Assembly (NCBI GenBank): GCA_019058015.1
Contig: JAHLWH010000023.1
Span: 1-10,343 of the forward strand
DNA: 10,343 nt
Source of the DNA: Promethearchaeota archaeon
GTDB taxonomy: Archaea > Asgardarchaeota > Lokiarchaeia > Sigyniarchaeales > SOKP01
Reading direction: 5' to 3'
Shown here: in pieces, positions 7,214-10,343 of the stretch
Layout of the letters: each line of letters starts with the position of its first letter
Numbering within the stretch: the stretch's first letter is position 1
The notes under the pieces: model-generated
Database searches by the model: none
The model's input: the letters and a program-made list of their open reading frames with translations, nothing else
What the model was told of the DNA's origin: nothing
Position numbers and translations under genes: made by a program

Positions 7214-7762
7214 TTATTCTCTCCATCTTTTAACATGTTCTCCAGAAACTCCTAATAAATCCATAAGTCTATTGATTGTATGTTCAATTAGATCATCAAT
7301 AGTCTCTGGTTTTGTATAGAAAGCTGGCATTAAAGGAGCAATTATCACTCCCAATTTGGCCAATTTACTCATATTTTCCAAATGGATTGGTGAGAGTGGA
7401 GATTCTCTTGGGCACAAGATTAACTTTCTTTTTTCCTTCATGCATACTTCAGCTGCTCTGATAATTAAATTATTTGCAATTCCGTTCGCGATTAAGCCCA
7501 AGGTCTTCATTGAGCATGGAATAATTATCATTGCATCAAATAGGTGGGAACCACTAGCAATTGAAACATTATAATCGTCGAATTCATATACCTTGCCGTA
7601 CTTACTCAACTCAGCTAGGAATTTCGGGTTCTCTTGCCTAATAACCTCCTTTCCAACTTTAGAAACAACAATCTCTAGCTCAGCTTTTTCTGAGAGTCTT
7701 TTAACAAATTTTTGTGCATAAATAGTCCCAGATGCACCTGTGATTCCAACTATTAACCTCAT
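7214..7762 (-). CDS. ubiX: UbiX-family flavin prenyltransferase
   Basis: Canonical UbiX motifs: IVGITGASG, IASGS, IIPCSMKTL, LIIRAAEVCMKEKRKLILCPRESPL, MPAFYTKPETIDDL and C-terminal RW. Start is placed at MRLIV (7762); 7774 is the alternative. Confidence 0.95.
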   Translation of the reverse strand: MRLIVGITGASGTIYAQKFVKRLSEKAELEIVVSKVGKEVIRQENPKFLAELSKYGKVYEFDDYNVSIASGSHLFDAMIIIPCSMKTLGLIANGIANNLIIRAAEVCMKEKRKLILCPRESPLSPIHLENMSKLAKLGVIIAPLMPAFYTKPETIDDLIEHTINRLMDLLGVSGEHVKRWRE

Positions 7763-7778
7763 AAAACATCCCATTTAT

Positions 7779-8204
7779 TTAAAAATCTTCTAAAAAGAAC
7801 ATTTGAATATTAAAGGGTTCCTTTTCCATTTGTTTTACTAATTCTTTTTCTCTTCGAGCAAATAAAGCGGGAACTTTTTTATTTAAAGCAATTGCAACCG
7901 TAGTACAATCGGGTAATGCAATAGGGTTATAACATTTTAATAAGCTTATCTCTCTTCGAAGTGAATCTAATGAAATAATATCAAAATAATTTGAACTTAA
8001 AAATGCATCAATCTTTTCTAAAGCTTTATCTTTACCTAATTTTCGACATAAAATATATTCTGCTTCAATGACAGCAAGAATCGAGGTAGTTGGAATTATT
8101 TTTTCATTAATGATTTTTTTATATAATTCAGAATCGACTCCAGATAATAGTAATTCAATTACAGCACCACCATCGAATATAACATCTCTAAAAGGAAAAT
8201 TCAT
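7779..8204 (-). CDS. vapC: PIN-domain toxin (VapC-like ribonuclease)
   Basis: 141 aa with PIN acidic residues in VIFD, VIEAEYILCRKLG and ALPDC, plus an archaeal-type LFARREKEL tail. Overlaps the upstream small gene by 17 nt. Confidence 0.85.
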   Translation of the reverse strand: MNFPFRDVIFDGGAVIELLLSGVDSELYKKIINEKIIPTTSILAVIEAEYILCRKLGKDKALEKIDAFLSSNYFDIISLDSLRREISLLKCYNPIALPDCTTVAIALNKKVPALFARREKELVKQMEKEPFNIQMFFLEDF

Positions 8205-8433
8205 CTTTTCTCCTCTCTAAATATAATTCATCTAAAACCTCATTGATATCGATATCCTTAATTTGTTCACAAGCTTTCCTAAATTTTTCTTGATTCTTCT
8301 TGTTTTTTAGATTTGATATTAAAAATTTAATTGCTTCATTATAATTTATCTTTTTTTTTACTTGAATTTGCAATTTGGCTGCTATTTTAAGTAATTCTTC
8401 TTTTGTCTCGTTATCAATAGTAATTGTAGTCAT
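8188..8433 (-). CDS. vapB: VapB-type antitoxin (ribbon-helix-helix-like)
   Basis: 81 aa with an N-terminal strand MTTITID, helices ETKEELLKIAAKLQ and NYNEAIKFLI, and an acidic C-terminal helix. Lies upstream of and overlaps the PIN gene. Confidence 0.8.
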   Translation of the reverse strand: MTTITIDNETKEELLKIAAKLQIQVKKKINYNEAIKFLISNLKNKKNQEKFRKACEQIKDIDINEVLDELYLERRKDEFSF

Positions 8434-8445
8434 ATCAAATCATTC

Positions 8446-8480
8446 ATAATTTCTATAATTTCTATAAAATATATAGAAAT
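8446..8480 (-). promoter_or_regulatory. Putative vapBC promoter/operator
   Basis: ATTTCTATA occurs at 8449-8457 and 8458-8466 and inverted at 8472-8480. It overlaps a minus-strand TTTTATA (8469-8463) about 30 nt before the antitoxin ATG. Confidence 0.6.
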
Positions 8481-8544
8481 AATTATTTATATTTTTTTTT
8501 GAGTTTAATTTTTTTTTTTTATCAATAGAAGTCAAAAAGTCATA

Positions 8545-9732
8545 CTAAATTATTTTCAGCCTTTTCCCGATTCTTTCTATGGCACCTAATGCGTTATTTA
8601 AGTCTTCTTTTGAGAGTAATGCATTCATCTGAACTCTTATTCTTGAAAGTTCTTTCGCAACCATAGGGAAGACGATTGGTGTCGTGAAGATTGATTCCTC
8701 AGTAAATAACAACTCACCTAGTTTTTGGGCTTTACCTGGATCCCCTACAATCAATGGAATGATTGGAGTTTGTGAATTTCCTGTATTGAAACCCATTTCT
8801 TGAACCTCCTTCTTGAAATGATTTGTGTGTTCCCATAATTTTTTTACATGTTCTGGTTCATTCTCAACAACATCAACTGCAGCAATGCAAGCTGCAACCA
8901 ATCCGGGAGGGTGAGCAGTACTAAGTAGATAAGTCCTGCTTTTATTGGTAATATATTCTATCAAATCTTTTGAACCTGCGACTGTTCCACCAAAAACTCC
9001 AAAACCTTTACTCATTGAACCGCCTTCAACATGTACTTTTCCTTGTAATTTAAAATGTGCGACTATTCCTCTTCCTTCTCCCAAAACACCTTCACCATGA
9101 CAGTCATCAACAAACACCATTGCTCCATATTCTTCTGCGAATTTTGAAATTTCGTCTAATGGAGCAATATCACCATCCATTGAAAACACACCATCCGTGA
9201 TAATAAGGATTCTTCTTGCTCCACTTTTATCTGCCTCTTTTAATTGAACTCCTAAGTCAGCTACATCAGTATGTTTATACACTAACCTCTTAGCACTTGT
9301 TAATCTTACTCCATCAATTATCGAGCCATGATTTAATTGATCAGAAATTACAACATCCTCTTTTCCGATTAATTGAGGAATTACCCCTGAATTAACTGCA
9401 TAACCAGTCTGACATAAAATTGATGCTTCAACCTCCTTAAATTTAGCAAACTTTTCTTGAAATTCTTTTGTTAGATCAAACGTTCCCGCAATAACCGGTA
9501 CTGCCCCTGCACCCGCCCCATACTTTTTAGTTGCGTCAATTGATGCTTGCATAACTTTTGGATGTGTCGCAAGACCAAGATAATTATTAGTGTTGAGCAT
9601 TAAAACATTCTTACCATCTACAACAGAGTGTGGTTTTGAAGAAGCTTCAAGATGCCTAATAACCCAATTTAAATTACTATCATATATATTTTTTATTTCC
9701 TCTTTAAGAAATGCTTCTGGTTCTCTTTTCAT
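8545..9732 (-). CDS. kbl: Glycine C-acetyltransferase (2-amino-3-ketobutyrate CoA ligase), PLP-dependent
   Basis: Motifs NNYLGL, SDQLNHGSIIDG, DGVFSMDGD, VDDCHG, SMSKGFG (PLP Lys) and RIRVQ. Adjacency to a threonine dehydrogenase favours Kbl over BioF. Confidence 0.88.
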   Translation of the reverse strand: MKREPEAFLKEEIKNIYDSNLNWVIRHLEASSKPHSVVDGKNVLMLNTNNYLGLATHPKVMQASIDATKKYGAGAGAVPVIAGTFDLTKEFQEKFAKFKEVEASILCQTGYAVNSGVIPQLIGKEDVVISDQLNHGSIIDGVRLTSAKRLVYKHTDVADLGVQLKEADKSGARRILIITDGVFSMDGDIAPLDEISKFAEEYGAMVFVDDCHGEGVLGEGRGIVAHFKLQGKVHVEGGSMSKGFGVFGGTVAGSKDLIEYITNKSRTYLLSTAHPPGLVAACIAAVDVVENEPEHVKKLWEHTNHFKKEVQEMGFNTGNSQTPIIPLIVGDPGKAQKLGELLFTEESIFTTPIVFPMVAKELSRIRVQMNALLSKEDLNNALGAIERIGKRLKII

Positions 9733-9906
9733 TTAATCATCTTTTATTATTTTGATTTATATTTGAAGAAAATTCTATGTTTAAAACTTATTTTCTGAAG
9801 ACATATAAGTTTTTCCAAAATTTAATTCATTAATATTTTTAAAAAAATAAGTCATAAGACTTTTTTATTTGACTAACCTATGATTATTATCTAAATTTAA
9901 TCCATT

Positions 9907-10343
9907 ATGAGACTGATAAAAATTAAAAGAATTCTTGTAATTGGCTCATGTGGGCAAATTGGTAGTGAACTTGTTCCGGCACTTAGAGAGAAGTATGGGA
10001 GCGAAAATGTAATCGCAACTGGAAGACGGACGCCTCCACCTAAAAATATGCGTGAATCGGGACCGTTCATCTATTTAGAAGCCTTGAATAGGGATGCTCT
10101 CGCAAAAGTAGTCTACGAATACGAGATAAATATGATCTATCACATGGCTTCGATCCTTTCAGCAACTGGAGAAAAAATGCCTCAAACAGCTTGGGAGATA
10201 AATATGAATAGTCTAATAAATGTTCTTGAAATTGGAAGAAGATATAAAATTGAACGTATTATTTGGCCAAGCTCAATTGCCGCTTTCGGACCAACCACTC
10301 CAAGAGATCAAACACCAAATGACACCATTCTTCAACCCACTAC
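9907..10343 (+). CDS. tdh: L-threonine 3-dehydrogenase, SDR/GalE-like type (3' truncated by window; not in ORF track)
   Basis: Hand translation gives MRLIKIKRILVIGSCGQIGSELVPALREKYGSENVIATGRR...IYHMASILSATGE...WPSSIAAFGPTTPRDQTPNDTILQPT. GxxGQIG, LSAxGE and PSSIAxFGPxTP are SDR-TDH signatures, and the gene is divergent from kbl. Confidence 0.9.
   Translation, partial: MRLIKIKRILVIGSCGQIGSELVPALREKYGSENVIATGRRTPPPKNMRESGPFIYLEALNRDALAKVVYEYEINMIYHMASILSATGEKMPQTAWEINMNSLINVLEIGRRYKIERIIWPSSIAAFGPTTPRDQTPNDTILQPT

Noticed and set aside
1081-7574. Antisense ORFs 1081-1377, 2239-2424, 2685-2939, 4137-4361, 5325-5564, 6384-6584 and 7356-7574
   Set aside because: All lie entirely opposite well-supported genes and show no motifs, so they are treated as shadow ORFs.
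7214-8520. Mobile element carrying the TA pair
   Set aside because: No transposase, integrase, terminal inverted repeats or target duplication was seen.
8492-8520. Plus-strand T9/T12 tracts as a terminator
   Set aside because: There is no plus-strand gene to terminate, and homopolymers are common in this DNA.
8545-9732. BioF or serine palmitoyltransferase assignment
   Set aside because: The adjacent tdh and Kbl-like motifs (IAGT, RIRVQ) fit threonine catabolism better, and no biotin genes are nearby.
9880-9894. Mini-ORF MIII* upstream of tdh as an attenuator leader
   Set aside because: It is four codons long with no Thr codons and no alternative hairpins, which is expected by chance.
1-10343. 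CRISPR array, tRNA or rRNA
   Set aside because: No regularly spaced repeats or GC-rich structured RNA segments were found in any intergenic region.

Overview
This is an AT-rich archaeal-type window. Longin-like domains, an Ig-like surface protein, an archaeal VapBC pair and poly-T terminators suggest an Asgard/Lokiarchaeia genome, but that assignment is inference and was not checked by search. Left to right it holds: the 3' end of an Ig-like single-pass surface protein, a DedA/VTT membrane protein, an unlisted 46-aa ORF, a QueT-family transporter, and two tandem paralogous 7-TM proteins each fused to a C-terminal longin-like domain. It continues with a membrane-anchored amidohydrolase fusion, ubiX, a VapBC toxin-antitoxin pair with a visible operator, and divergent kbl and SDR-type tdh genes (tdh truncated at the window end). 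The best candidate for an undescribed system is the tandem 7TM-longin pair, which has GPCR-like topology and a fold that eukaryotes use to regulate small GTPases.
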